From positions 1 to 60,552 of IMG/VR virus record IMGVR_UViG_3300048548_000571: 60,552 bases of DNA, one strand, 5' to 3'. The notes under the pieces were generated by a model. The model made no database searches. It was not told where the DNA came from and worked only from the letters and a program-made list of their open reading frames with translations. This document shows positions 30,899 through 39,268 of the stretch, one piece after another. Origin of the DNA: a virus. Taxonomy: Duplodnaviria > Caudoviricetes. The position numbers and the translations under genes were made by a program. Numbering within the stretch: position 1 is the first letter of the stretch; each line of letters begins with the position of its first letter.

Positions 30899-30971
30899 TG
30901 GAGAATAGGAGACTCGAACTCCTGACATCCTGCTTGCAAAGCAGGCGCTCTACCAGCTGAGCTAATTCCCC
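30899..30971 (-). tRNA. trnA: tRNA-Ala(TGC)
   Basis: GGGGAAT TAGCTCAGCTGGTAGAGC GCCTGCTT TGC AAGCAGG..GTTCGAGTC..ATTCTCCA; G3-U70 pair. Confidence 0.95.
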
Positions 30972-31561
30972 CCAGAACCGACTCGTTCAGTTTCGTCTAG
31001 ATAACTGAACCAACCAGTAATGATGTACTTATCTTCATTCGGAGCAACTTGTCCCTTATGAGTATAAGTCCAGTCTGATGGCCAGATAACTGTCTTACCT
31101 TTTTTAGGTTTGACAGTATAGTTCTGGTGCATAAAATCTGTACCACCACCCTCTTCAATATCATTAAGATATGTCATCCAGACTAGGTGTCTGTTGTTAT
31201 GAGGGTGCATTGCATTGCATCTTTCAGTATGCCACTTGTAAAAACCTTCACCAGGTTTGTACCACTGAATGTTAACAGATTCAGCAACTCCCCATGGAGA
31301 GTATACGTTACAAGTAGGATATTTGTCAATATATTTCTTCCCAACGTCGAATAAATGCTCTAGATATTCTTCGACAGGAGGAGCAAGATGCTTCTCAAAT
31401 GGATATATGGTAAGATCTGTAGACTTCTTGGCATCAGTGACACCAGTTGTAGTCTCTCCAGGATTTCTGCGATTTATTGAAAAATCCGAATTTTGAAAGA
31501 AGTCAATTAGCCTGTCGCAAACTGAAACATCTTTAATTTTCGCTTCTAAAATAAAATCCAT
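30962..31561 (-). CDS. 2OG-Fe(II) oxygenase between tRNA genes
   Basis: Start MDFILE (the track's longer N-terminus is tRNA-Leu sequence); GFYKWHTE, WMTYLNDIEEGGGTDF, WTYTHKG, KYIITGW. Confidence 0.88.
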   Translation of the reverse strand: MDFILEAKIKDVSVCDRLIDFFQNSDFSINRRNPGETTTGVTDAKKSTDLTIYPFEKHLAPPVEEYLEHLFDVGKKYIDKYPTCNVYSPWGVAESVNIQWYKPGEGFYKWHTERCNAMHPHNNRHLVWMTYLNDIEEGGGTDFMHQNYTVKPKKGKTVIWPSDWTYTHKGQVAPNEDKYIITGWFSYLDETERVGSGGN

Positions 31562-31572
31562 TATATCCTGAA

Positions 31573-31654
31573 TGTCGATGAGAGGACTTGAACCTCCACG
31601 GATAAATCCACTGGAACCTAAACCCAGCGCGTCTACCAATTCCGCCACATCGAC
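31573..31654 (-). tRNA. trnL: tRNA-Leu(TAG)
   Basis: GTCGATG TGGCGGAATTGGTAGACGC GCTGGGTT TAG GTTCCAG, long variable arm, GGTTCAAGTCC. Confidence 0.93.
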
Positions 31655-31658
31655 GGAG

Positions 31659-31731
31659 AGCCTGTTGACAGACTTGAACTGACGACCTACGCTTTACAAA
31701 AGCGTTGCTCTACCAGCTGAGCTAAACAGGC
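31659..31731 (-). tRNA. trnT: tRNA-Thr(TGT)
   Basis: GCCTGTT TAGCTCAGCTGGTAGAGC AACGCTTT TGT AAAGCGT..GTTCAAGTC..AACAGGCT. Confidence 0.93.
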
Positions 31732-32258
31732 ATGCGAGCAAATTCAAAGAAACCATAACGACTGCCCCAAATTTGCTTCTTGGTCCCCACGAGATAACCA
31801 CGATCTATTACATGATAATAGTCTTCACCAAGAATTGCTTCATTCTTGACATAAGTTTCACCATCTCTATGGGGAACAATGCAATCACAACCTTCAACAG
31901 ACCCGATATACTCGGATTTGTTTGGGTTGTATGATAGAATTGTATCACATGTACCCTTATGTGTCAAGCCCTCGTCGTATTTGATTTGATCGAGATTGAC
32001 ACATCCACGATACCGATTTTTGTCGAAATCGTAGTTTTTCATGCGAATCTTACCATTTTCTAGACATGCCTCAACAATAAACTGTCTATAGGGAGCATGC
32101 AACTGATAGTTGTATGCTTGTTCCCCATAAAACATATTGTCGGTCCCAGGCACCTTTTTGTGGTGCAAACGGACCATAGCAAACCTAGATGGATAAGAAA
32201 ATGCCTGAACTTTGTTTTCCCACGTTCCCTCAAACCATTCTATAAATTGTTCAATCAT
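31722..32258 (-). CDS. cpeT: CpeT/CpcT-type phycobiliprotein lyase
   Basis: Start MIEQF; F.G.W.NK.QAF..P..FA, YGEQAY...PYRQ, C.V, DRG....QIWGS..G.FEF. Confidence 0.88.
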   Translation of the reverse strand: MIEQFIEWFEGTWENKVQAFSYPSRFAMVRLHHKKVPGTDNMFYGEQAYNYQLHAPYRQFIVEACLENGKIRMKNYDFDKNRYRGCVNLDQIKYDEGLTHKGTCDTILSYNPNKSEYIGSVEGCDCIVPHRDGETYVKNEAILGEDYYHVIDRGYLVGTKKQIWGSRYGFFEFARMPV

Positions 32259-32517
32259 CTTTAGGTAATAGTTCAGGATTATCAACAGTGAGTTCAAACA
32301 TACAAGGATGACATTCTTCTGCCATAAGATATGAAGACCATTTGTATAGATCTTCATCATCCCAGTCTTGACCTTCCAACGCTTCGGTTTGAATCGCTGG
32401 ATGATCTTGGACGATCAGCGGAAGTTCGTCAAAGGTATATGGTATACCTTGGATGAAATACATGCGTACAACGGTGCCCATATAAAAGACATAGGACTGT
32501 GTTAGTGAGTATTTCAT
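32251..32517 (-). CDS. Conserved hypothetical cyanophage protein
   Basis: 88-aa ORF directly upstream of cpeT, with a late promoter. Confidence 0.7.
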   Translation of the reverse strand: MKYSLTQSYVFYMGTVVRMYFIQGIPYTFDELPLIVQDHPAIQTEALEGQDWDDEDLYKWSSYLMAEECHPCMFELTVDNPELLPKDD

Positions 32518-32522
32518 AACAT

Positions 32523-32550
32523 TTCCACTACATTTTATTTAGTAGTGGAA
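32523..32550 (-). promoter_or_regulatory. 9-bp hairpin containing late promoter CTAAATA and covering the RBS of the downstream gene
   Basis: TTCCACTAC-TAAATAAAAT-GTAGTGGAA, 5 nt before ATG 32517. Confidence 0.65.
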
Positions 32551-32633
32551 TAGGGCAAGCGAGACTTGAACTCGCACGAACTATGTTCTTCAGATTTTAA
32601 GTCTGATGTGTCTACCGATTCCACCACTGCCCC
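32551..32633 (-). tRNA. trnL: tRNA-Leu(TAA)
   Basis: GGGGCAG TGGTGGAATCGGTAGACAC ATCAGACT TAA AATCTGA, long variable arm, GTTCAAGTC; no intron. Confidence 0.92.
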
Positions 32634-32646
32634 TCGGGACCTCTGT

Positions 32647-32675
32647 ATTATATCACAGGAACATCCCTTTGTCAC
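32647..32675 (-). promoter_or_regulatory. Sigma70-type promoter for tRNA-Leu(TAA)
   Basis: GTGACA-N17-TATAAT. Confidence 0.7.
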
Positions 32676-32898
32676 TCATATAACGAAGTGCTTCTTTCAT
32701 TCCACCAATATGTTGGTTGCCAATGGCAATTTGTGGATATGTTGCCTCTTCGCCAAATTCTCCTTTGAATGCAGATTCGTCAAAATGACGATTTAGGCGA
32801 TATTCGAGATATTCGTTAATTTCGTGTAAATCCTTGAGCAGCATGCCCATGCGTTCACACTCTTGACTGCCGTTACTGTAGATTACTGCTGTGGTCAT
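32653..32898 (-). CDS. Glutaredoxin-like protein (single Cys, SQEC)
   Basis: Start MTTAVIYS; ATYPQI..HIGG thioredoxin-fold motifs. Confidence 0.7.
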   Translation of the reverse strand: MTTAVIYSNGSQECERMGMLLKDLHEINEYLEYRLNRHFDESAFKGEFGEEATYPQIAIGNQHIGGMKEALRYMSDKGMFL

Positions 32899-33010
32899 AT
32901 TCAATGACGATTTTTCTATGTTGAGTTTTTTTGTCGCAACAGACGATATATTGTACTTCAGCATCTAATAGTTCGCCAACCTTCTCTAGGAGATTCTTGG
33001 CGATATTCAT
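32873..33010 (-). CDS. Small hypothetical protein
   Basis: MNIAKNLLEKVGELL...RKIVIEYD; start uncertain. Confidence 0.5.
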   Translation of the reverse strand: MNIAKNLLEKVGELLDAEVQYIVCCDKKTQHRKIVIEYDHSSNLQ

Positions 33011-33011
33011 A

Positions 33012-33326
33012 TTAGTCACGCTGACGCCAGTCGTCTGGTTTGTCTCTTCCGAACCATTCATTGATGTCATCTGCTCCGTCAAATCGTTCTTTCCAGTTAT
33101 TCGGATCAGGATCACCTAAACCCATTTTGTTCATAAAATCGTCAATACTGCCCTCTTGGATATCTTGAGCAGCTTGTCTTCGTGCCTTGTTTAACCAATC
33201 ACGAGCAGTTGTGTGCCTTTTTGCTAATTTCTCTACCCAGATCATATCATCTAGGGGCACTTGTTTTTTGTTTGCAATGCATCGACAGATGGACTCCAGT
33301 CGGAGTCGATAGGCAGTAGAAAGCAT
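33012..33326 (-). CDS. Conserved hypothetical protein
   Basis: 104-aa ORF in early operon. Confidence 0.72.
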   Translation of the reverse strand: MLSTAYRLRLESICRCIANKKQVPLDDMIWVEKLAKRHTTARDWLNKARRQAAQDIQEGSIDDFMNKMGLGDPDPNNWKERFDGADDINEWFGRDKPDDWRQRD

Positions 33327-33328
33327 TT

Positions 33329-33523
33329 TTATTCTCGGAGTTGTTCTTCTAGATCAGACATTCTAGAATATTCTGCATGTGCGATTTGCTGTCGCTCACT
33401 GATAATATTTAGAATATCATCCATAATTATTTGTGTTTCCACATAGTTGTCAAAATACAGTTCAAGAGATTCCTTGAGATACCTGTATCGATGCCACTCT
33501 GGAGAATATGGTTTGTAGTGCAT
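33329..33523 (-). CDS. Hypothetical early protein
   Basis: 64-aa ORF right after a consensus promoter. Confidence 0.65.
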   Translation of the reverse strand: MHYKPYSPEWHRYRYLKESLELYFDNYVETQIIMDDILNIISERQQIAHAEYSRMSDLEEQLRE

Positions 33524-33545
33524 GATAAAGCGATTTCATACGAGG

Positions 33546-33574
33546 ATTATAGGGCATTTTTGCCGTTTTGTCAA
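33546..33574 (-). promoter_or_regulatory. Consensus sigma70 early promoter
   Basis: TTGACA-N17-TATAAT. Confidence 0.88.
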
Positions 33575-33580
33575 CTCAAC

Positions 33581-33647
33581 CTTTTTGGGGAAAAATTGGT
33601 GGCGAATTTTTTTCGGAATTCTGGTATCAGAAGGTCGATTTTCAGTT
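33581..33647. repeat. Intergenic A/T-tract element, copy 1
   Basis: Similar to 45856-45923; identical 18-mer gaatttttttcggaattc. Confidence 0.75.
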
Positions 33648-34757
33648 GAGGAAGATCGACAGTGCTTTGACCGTCATCGTACCAGCAACAGTAACGTCAA
33701 GAACACCAGCAGTCTGTACTTTGCTAGCACCCTTCAGGAACTTGAGATCAAATCCCATAGCAGACTTCAGCAACCATCCCTGTCCACCTAACGTAGGTCC
33801 CAACTTAACATCCCACGTCGCAGGTGCTTTAGTCTTCACATTAGGCATAGGAACGCCTTTGATGTCATCTACTTTGAAACCAGTGATGTTATTATACATC
33901 GGTCCAAGGGTTTTGAGTGAGTATCCACCCAGTTGTGACTGCATGTTAAGGTTAGCAGATGCAACGATGTTGTAGTGTCCCTTGGTTTTGATCGTATAGT
34001 TGCCTTGAATATCGTGAACAATAGATCCTGATGTGTTGATAGTCGTGGTAGCACCTGGTTTGTTCTGTTCGGTAGTAACCTCACCTGTTCCATCAGACAC
34101 TTCACGACCATTGATATTCTTGTTCAAGAATTCAGCATCCATGGTGATATCACCAGCATACATATTGATCTTGCCACTACCGTTACCAACCTCAAGGTTA
34201 ATAACTTCACCAGCCTTCAGTGTAAGCGTCTTGACGGCGTTAATGATGATGTTGTCACCTTTGATACCACAATCGTCTCCTTGCGCCTCAAAACTCATTG
34301 CACCTTCAGCATAGACGCTGTAGGCAGGCGATTCTTTCGACTTTGGTTTAGATGCAGACTTTCCTGGTGCTGCTTCGGTATCGTTAGGTCCAGTTGCTTG
34401 AATGGAGATAGTTCCATTCGCTTTCTGAAGTTGATCACCTGTATTCATGATGAGTTTACCACCACAACCAGACTGCCCTGGCACACCTGTGGAAAACACC
34501 ATGTTACCTGTCTCGTCAAAGAACATAGCACTTTGACCGTTGGTGACAGTAAAACCACCTGGTTGACCGTCAGCACCCTCCCAACTCATGCATGTCCAAC
34601 CATCAGACACCCAATGAACTGTAGGTTTTGCAGAACAAAACTGCTCCGTAGACACCTCTTCCTTTCTGCCACTAGCAGGTTCTGCGGCAGGTTTGTCAGA
34701 ATTAATTGACGAATATAAATTACGAAAATTATTTTTAGTATCAAATGTCATGGGCAA
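33642..34757 (-). CDS. gp5 C-terminal-like baseplate spike protein
   Basis: Follows gp5; beta-helix-like periodic sequence; ends IFLN. Confidence 0.65.
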   Translation of the reverse strand: MPMTFDTKNNFRNLYSSINSDKPAAEPASGRKEEVSTEQFCSAKPTVHWVSDGWTCMSWEGADGQPGGFTVTNGQSAMFFDETGNMVFSTGVPGQSGCGGKLIMNTGDQLQKANGTISIQATGPNDTEAAPGKSASKPKSKESPAYSVYAEGAMSFEAQGDDCGIKGDNIIINAVKTLTLKAGEVINLEVGNGSGKINMYAGDITMDAEFLNKNINGREVSDGTGEVTTEQNKPGATTTINTSGSIVHDIQGNYTIKTKGHYNIVASANLNMQSQLGGYSLKTLGPMYNNITGFKVDDIKGVPMPNVKTKAPATWDVKLGPTLGGQGWLLKSAMGFDLKFLKGASKVQTAGVLDVTVAGTMTVKALSIFLN

Positions 34758-37700
34758 TCAATATAGCGACCAGTACCGATCTTAACAAGACCAACTGTGT
34801 TGATCTCTTGTGTATCTAGACATACCATACTTGGTTTAAAGATAGCACCACTACCACCACCGCCAATTATCTTGACAATGGGAGTAGAAGAGTAAGATGT
34901 CTTTCTATCTATAATCTTAACAGAGATGACATATCCTCGATCATCAATTTCAGCAATAGCACCGCCACGCAGTCCGTTGATGAACACATCAGGAGCAGAA
35001 GTATATTTAATACCAGGTGCAATCATAGTGAAGGAGTCAATGATACATCTCAAGTCAGAGTCTTCAGGTAAATTACGCTTGTAACCTAGTCCTCCTCTAG
35101 TGACTCTAATCTCACTAACAAATCCTTTGTCATCTAGTAGAGCGATACCTGTAGCACCAAAACCCTCTCCAGAGAAGATTACTCGGGGTGCCTCTGCATA
35201 TGCATCACCAGTCTCCTTGATTGGAACACTAATGATTGATCCATCATCACCAGTGATAGGATCATCAGACTCTGGTTTCTTGTGATCACCTGGATCTTTC
35301 TCGCCAGTAGGATCATCATCACCATCATCATCACGAATAAATCTTTCAGCACGTTCGATAGTAGCACTACATGAAGCAGCAGTGTCAACGATCTTGAAGT
35401 AGAACACTTCATCGTCTTCAATGATACCATCATCTTTAATACCGATGGTAACTTTAGCTGTGTCTTCCTTCAGTTTGAATGTACCTTGTAGTGTGTCGCC
35501 AATAAAATCTTCGGCAGACACATCACCATAGATGATGTATTGGAATTGTCTTCCTTCGGTGTAACCCTCACTCTCAATAGTGAATACAATATCTTCTCCC
35601 TCTTTGTAGATCTGCTTGTCCGTTCTAACACTGATACTTACATCAGTTGTCGGATCATATGGAGGATCATCGAAAGGATCAGGCAGAATAACATTGAAGT
35701 CTGCAAGGATCGTGATAGGTGCGACAGCACCAGTATCATTACCCTCCTCATCATTGAGTTGGAATATAAAGTCCTGATCCACTTCCATCTCGATGTCTGG
35801 CATCAACTTCACCTTGACTTCTGCTCTACACAGAGGAACAGCGATGTCCTGTAGTTCATCGTTCTCATCTACAAATTGATCCTCAAAAGTATCATATTGA
35901 GTGACTTTAAAGGTTCCCTTTAGTAGATCAACATCATCGATACTTCTTGACGAATCATCAATGTATTCCTCAACGATGTCACCAACTAAAGCATAACTTA
36001 AGGTAGATCCATCAGCAACATTAGTTGTGTTGATAGTGAATAGAATCTCATCACCACCACCCACTAACTGTGGTTTTCCTACGACACTATAACGTTTCGT
36101 GCCATCGTAGTCAATAGGAAGTGGGGGATCACCATCGCCATCATCATCAGGATCATCTGGGAATTCATCTGGATCGATTGGTACGTAATCTTCGTAAGCA
36201 AACCTACAAGAACCATCATCAACAGTTGCTTCAGGATTATAGTTTTCAGCTTCTGGAACTCTACATCCTAAAATTTCTGCAACTGGATCTTCTGGGAAGA
36301 ATCCTGGTGGTGTATCAGGTCCACTACCCTCATTGCCAGGTGGTTCTCTCGGATCGTCTGGATCGTTTGGATCTGGTTGATTGGAAGGAACTCCACCGAT
36401 AAAAATAACTCTAGTAGGTTTAGGATCTGGATAGTCTTGACTCTCTTCACAAGAGAATCTTTCTCCAGTGTCACCCTCTTCTAGGTCTTGGAGAAGGTTA
36501 TCCAACCAGTCGTCACTGTCTTCATCAGTACCACAGTCATTACACTTGACAGTCTCTTTAGAACAGTTGCTATCGGGTCCACTACAAGAGATACCCAGGA
36601 ATGACATGACCTTATTGAGAGCACCGCCGATCATGTCCAACGGTGCCGCTAGTATTCCTAATATACTTTGCAACGGTCCAAGGATACTACTTATCAGACC
36701 CTCGATAAGTTCTAGAATCTTATTGATAATACCATCAACTAAATTGATGACTGCACATGCTGCTGGAGAGAAAACATCCATGATAAAATTGAACAGCAAG
36801 TCTGTCAGGAAACTTACCAACTTTTCAATCAGATCTTCAATAGCACAACCAAGTGCCTTCAGAATCTGATCAAGGATTTTCTTTACAGTCTTGAGGAAGT
36901 TACCCTTCTTTCTCTCTGGTCTGTGGTCTTGCTTTGGATCTTTAGGGATCTTTCTTTCTGCTTCCTCGGGTATATTCAGTCCAAGAACTGTCAAGACAAG
37001 TTTCTCAACACCCTCTCGTAAAGTCGTAATAATTTCCGACTGAACACGACCCATAAAACTACTTACGAGTCTATTGATTCGACTGATGTGGTGTCTTGCA
37101 ATCGATACCTTATCATAGATGAATCCATTGATCTTACTGACATAGAAGCTACCAATCTGTCCACCAGATGCTTGGTTTGCTGCTAACAGATCGCCAATGA
37201 TATTGGTGATTCCTTTGTCAAGATTACTCTCGTTACCACACTTTGGGTTAGCAATAGTGATACAGTTCTGTGAACCAGTAGGGTTAGTCTCACTATGCTT
37301 TGCACGAAGCGCAGCAATGATAGCAGGAGCACCCTTCTCTAGGTTAGAACGAGCAGCGTCAGGTTGTCCACCATCTACGTTAGCACCTGTGTCAGGATCA
37401 GTACCATTTGCTCTATCTTGAGAGCGATTTTGCTGTGGGGTACTATCAGCATCTGTATGGGTAGTAAAGTTTCTAGGACCATCACTACCACCAGCAGGGT
37501 CAGTATTCTTGACGACAGTAGCACCAGCAGTGTGTCCAACCGATCCCATGATGATAGGTTTCTGCCTGTCATTGTCAAGGAAGAAACCAATGACCCAGTT
37601 ACCTGCTCGCAGTTCTGCTGTAGCACCAGTCACACCACCATCACTGAATGGTGTAGTCACAGGCATGACTACGTTTGCCCATGGCAATTCTTCAGTTGGT

Positions 37701-37864
37701 GTTGCTTGTCCTTCTCTTAAGTGGACACCAACAATACGCACACGATATCTACTAGATCCTTTAGGATCCGACTCTCTACCTGTCTCAACCTGTCCAATCC
37801 ACCAGTTGAAACCATCGGAACCAATTTGATTAGTAGCAAGCAGTGATGATAATACTGGATCCAT
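34748..37864 (-). CDS. gp5: Baseplate hub gp5-like protein (OB-fold N-terminus) with large insertion
   Basis: GFNWWIGQVE..RYRVRIVGVH..LPWA..GNWVIGFFLD..QKPIIMGS. Confidence 0.85.
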   Translation of the reverse strand: MDPVLSSLLATNQIGSDGFNWWIGQVETGRESDPKGSSRYRVRIVGVHLREGQATPTEELPWANVVMPVTTPFSDGGVTGATAELRAGNWVIGFFLDNDRQKPIIMGSVGHTAGATVVKNTDPAGGSDGPRNFTTHTDADSTPQQNRSQDRANGTDPDTGANVDGGQPDAARSNLEKGAPAIIAALRAKHSETNPTGSQNCITIANPKCGNESNLDKGITNIIGDLLAANQASGGQIGSFYVSKINGFIYDKVSIARHHISRINRLVSSFMGRVQSEIITTLREGVEKLVLTVLGLNIPEEAERKIPKDPKQDHRPERKKGNFLKTVKKILDQILKALGCAIEDLIEKLVSFLTDLLFNFIMDVFSPAACAVINLVDGIINKILELIEGLISSILGPLQSILGILAAPLDMIGGALNKVMSFLGISCSGPDSNCSKETVKCNDCGTDEDSDDWLDNLLQDLEEGDTGERFSCEESQDYPDPKPTRVIFIGGVPSNQPDPNDPDDPREPPGNEGSGPDTPPGFFPEDPVAEILGCRVPEAENYNPEATVDDGSCRFAYEDYVPIDPDEFPDDPDDDGDGDPPLPIDYDGTKRYSVVGKPQLVGGGDEILFTINTTNVADGSTLSYALVGDIVEEYIDDSSRSIDDVDLLKGTFKVTQYDTFEDQFVDENDELQDIAVPLCRAEVKVKLMPDIEMEVDQDFIFQLNDEEGNDTGAVAPITILADFNVILPDPFDDPPYDPTTDVSISVRTDKQIYKEGEDIVFTIESEGYTEGRQFQYIIYGDVSAEDFIGDTLQGTFKLKEDTAKVTIGIKDDGIIEDDEVFYFKIVDTAASCSATIERAERFIRDDDGDDDPTGEKDPGDHKKPESDDPITGDDGSIISVPIKETGDAYAEAPRVIFSGEGFGATGIALLDDKGFVSEIRVTRGGLGYKRNLPEDSDLRCIIDSFTMIAPGIKYTSAPDVFINGLRGGAIAEIDDRGYVISVKIIDRKTSYSSTPIVKIIGGGGSGAIFKPSMVCLDTQEINTVGLVKIGTGRYIDCP

Positions 37865-37882
37865 ACCAATGAGGTTTATTTT

Positions 37883-37889
37883 TATTTAG
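37883..37889 (-). promoter_or_regulatory. Late promoter
   Basis: CTAAATA upstream of gp5. Confidence 0.6.
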
Positions 37890-39268
37890 GTTGTAACTTC
37901 GGAAGTCTCGTCAGGCATACCGTAAGAGTCTCTGACTAGTGTCACATAGGTGTTACCTTTAGCACCTTTAGTATCTAGTGCGTGGTTCAACTTTGCAACG
38001 AGATATACACCACTGTGTTCTTTGTCGTGTATGTCTTCACCTTTCTTTGATTTCTCATTAGTAGGGACATAGTTAGGAACTAGAACCTCAATGGTATCAC
38101 CGATCTTTAGGTCCAATCTAACAGGTAGTTTAATCTTCAGTTGTTGATTGTTCTGTGACTCTAGTCTAGAAATGTTCTGTGCAATATAATTCTTCTGCCA
38201 GTCAGGGAACTCGGCAGTGTCTTTCTTGCCACCATCCTTGTCTTCTGGAGAGGCAACCTCCTTACCATCAAACCATGTCTCATGATCCAATAGCACCGAC
38301 ATGACTCTACTTGGACTCTTTGCAAGTTCTGATTGACCTTTAGCAAGACCAGACTGTGATCCCAAGTGCTTCATGTCATCAAAGTTATCAGCTAGATTGT
38401 ATGCATACTCTTCATAAGCACCAGTGCTAAAGTTATAGAAGCAGATGACATTAGAGTAAGCACCCGCTCTTAACTTCGCAAGGATGTCAATCTCATTTTG
38501 AAAGTCAACGTCTAGAATTTTGTTGGTAGAATTTTGCTCGTTCAATTGAGCAGGTTCTAGAGTAAATGTATCGACAGGAGGATTCTTCTCCACATCATTC
38601 AGAAGATCAATCGACCTGAAATTATATCCCTCACGGTTTTCATAGAAATAATATCCAGCAGTGCCTGATGATTTTTGTAATGAACCACCAACAGAAGAAG
38701 ATGAACCACCAACAGAGAGACCTTCATTGACTGCTTTACTTCGCAGTGAATTGATGATAGAGAAGGGAGTCTTTTTACCTGGAAGCATCCTCACTTTGAA
38801 TAGAGTAGGATCTCCTCGATATGTTTTAGTAGAAGACAGACCTTCAGTTAACAGAGTTCTAACTAATGCATCTGGTTTTCCTGCCAGGGTTAGAGGAACC
38901 TTTTCTGTTTCATTCAGCAGTGCTTCTCTAGAGATGAGTCCAAGAGAATACCTCTGAAATCTCTCCGAACTAAACCTGTTGTAAACTTTATAGACCTTGA
39001 ATGAATACTCAACAACATCATCACCGCCAGCGCCATATCTAAACTTCATGTTGACATCTTCATACCCCTGAATAGGTAGTGAAGAAATCAAGTTCACACC
39101 AGTGTCTACGATGTCTAGGGTGCCATGAATTGTAGGTAAATCGATGTCTTCAAAGTAATCAAACCTAGTAACAAGGTTACCAATAGGTTTTGATTCCCCT
39201 TCAAGATCAACGATTTCAATTTCTTCTAGTATAAGACTAGATGCATATGGTAACTCTTGTTCTGCCAT
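37886..39268 (-). CDS. Baseplate hub protein (gp27-like)
   Basis: YFEDI..P.I.G.L.IVD, YYFYENREGYNFRSID, SGVYLV..L.H, LVRDSYG; position next to gp5. Confidence 0.72.
   Translation of the reverse strand: MAEQELPYASSLILEEIEIVDLEGESKPIGNLVTRFDYFEDIDLPTIHGTLDIVDTGVNLISSLPIQGYEDVNMKFRYGAGGDDVVEYSFKVYKVYNRFSSERFQRYSLGLISREALLNETEKVPLTLAGKPDALVRTLLTEGLSSTKTYRGDPTLFKVRMLPGKKTPFSIINSLRSKAVNEGLSVGGSSSSVGGSLQKSSGTAGYYFYENREGYNFRSIDLLNDVEKNPPVDTFTLEPAQLNEQNSTNKILDVDFQNEIDILAKLRAGAYSNVICFYNFSTGAYEEYAYNLADNFDDMKHLGSQSGLAKGQSELAKSPSRVMSVLLDHETWFDGKEVASPEDKDGGKKDTAEFPDWQKNYIAQNISRLESQNNQQLKIKLPVRLDLKIGDTIEVLVPNYVPTNEKSKKGEDIHDKEHSGVYLVAKLNHALDTKGAKGNTYVTLVRDSYGMPDETSEVTT

Noticed and set aside
31562-31648. 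N-terminal extension MAELVDALGLGSSG... of the oxygenase ORF
   Set aside because: It is the translation of tRNA-Leu(TAG); the real start is probably 31561
32259-32360. Longer start for cpeT
   Set aside because: It overlaps the upstream gene; CpeT similarity begins at MIEQF
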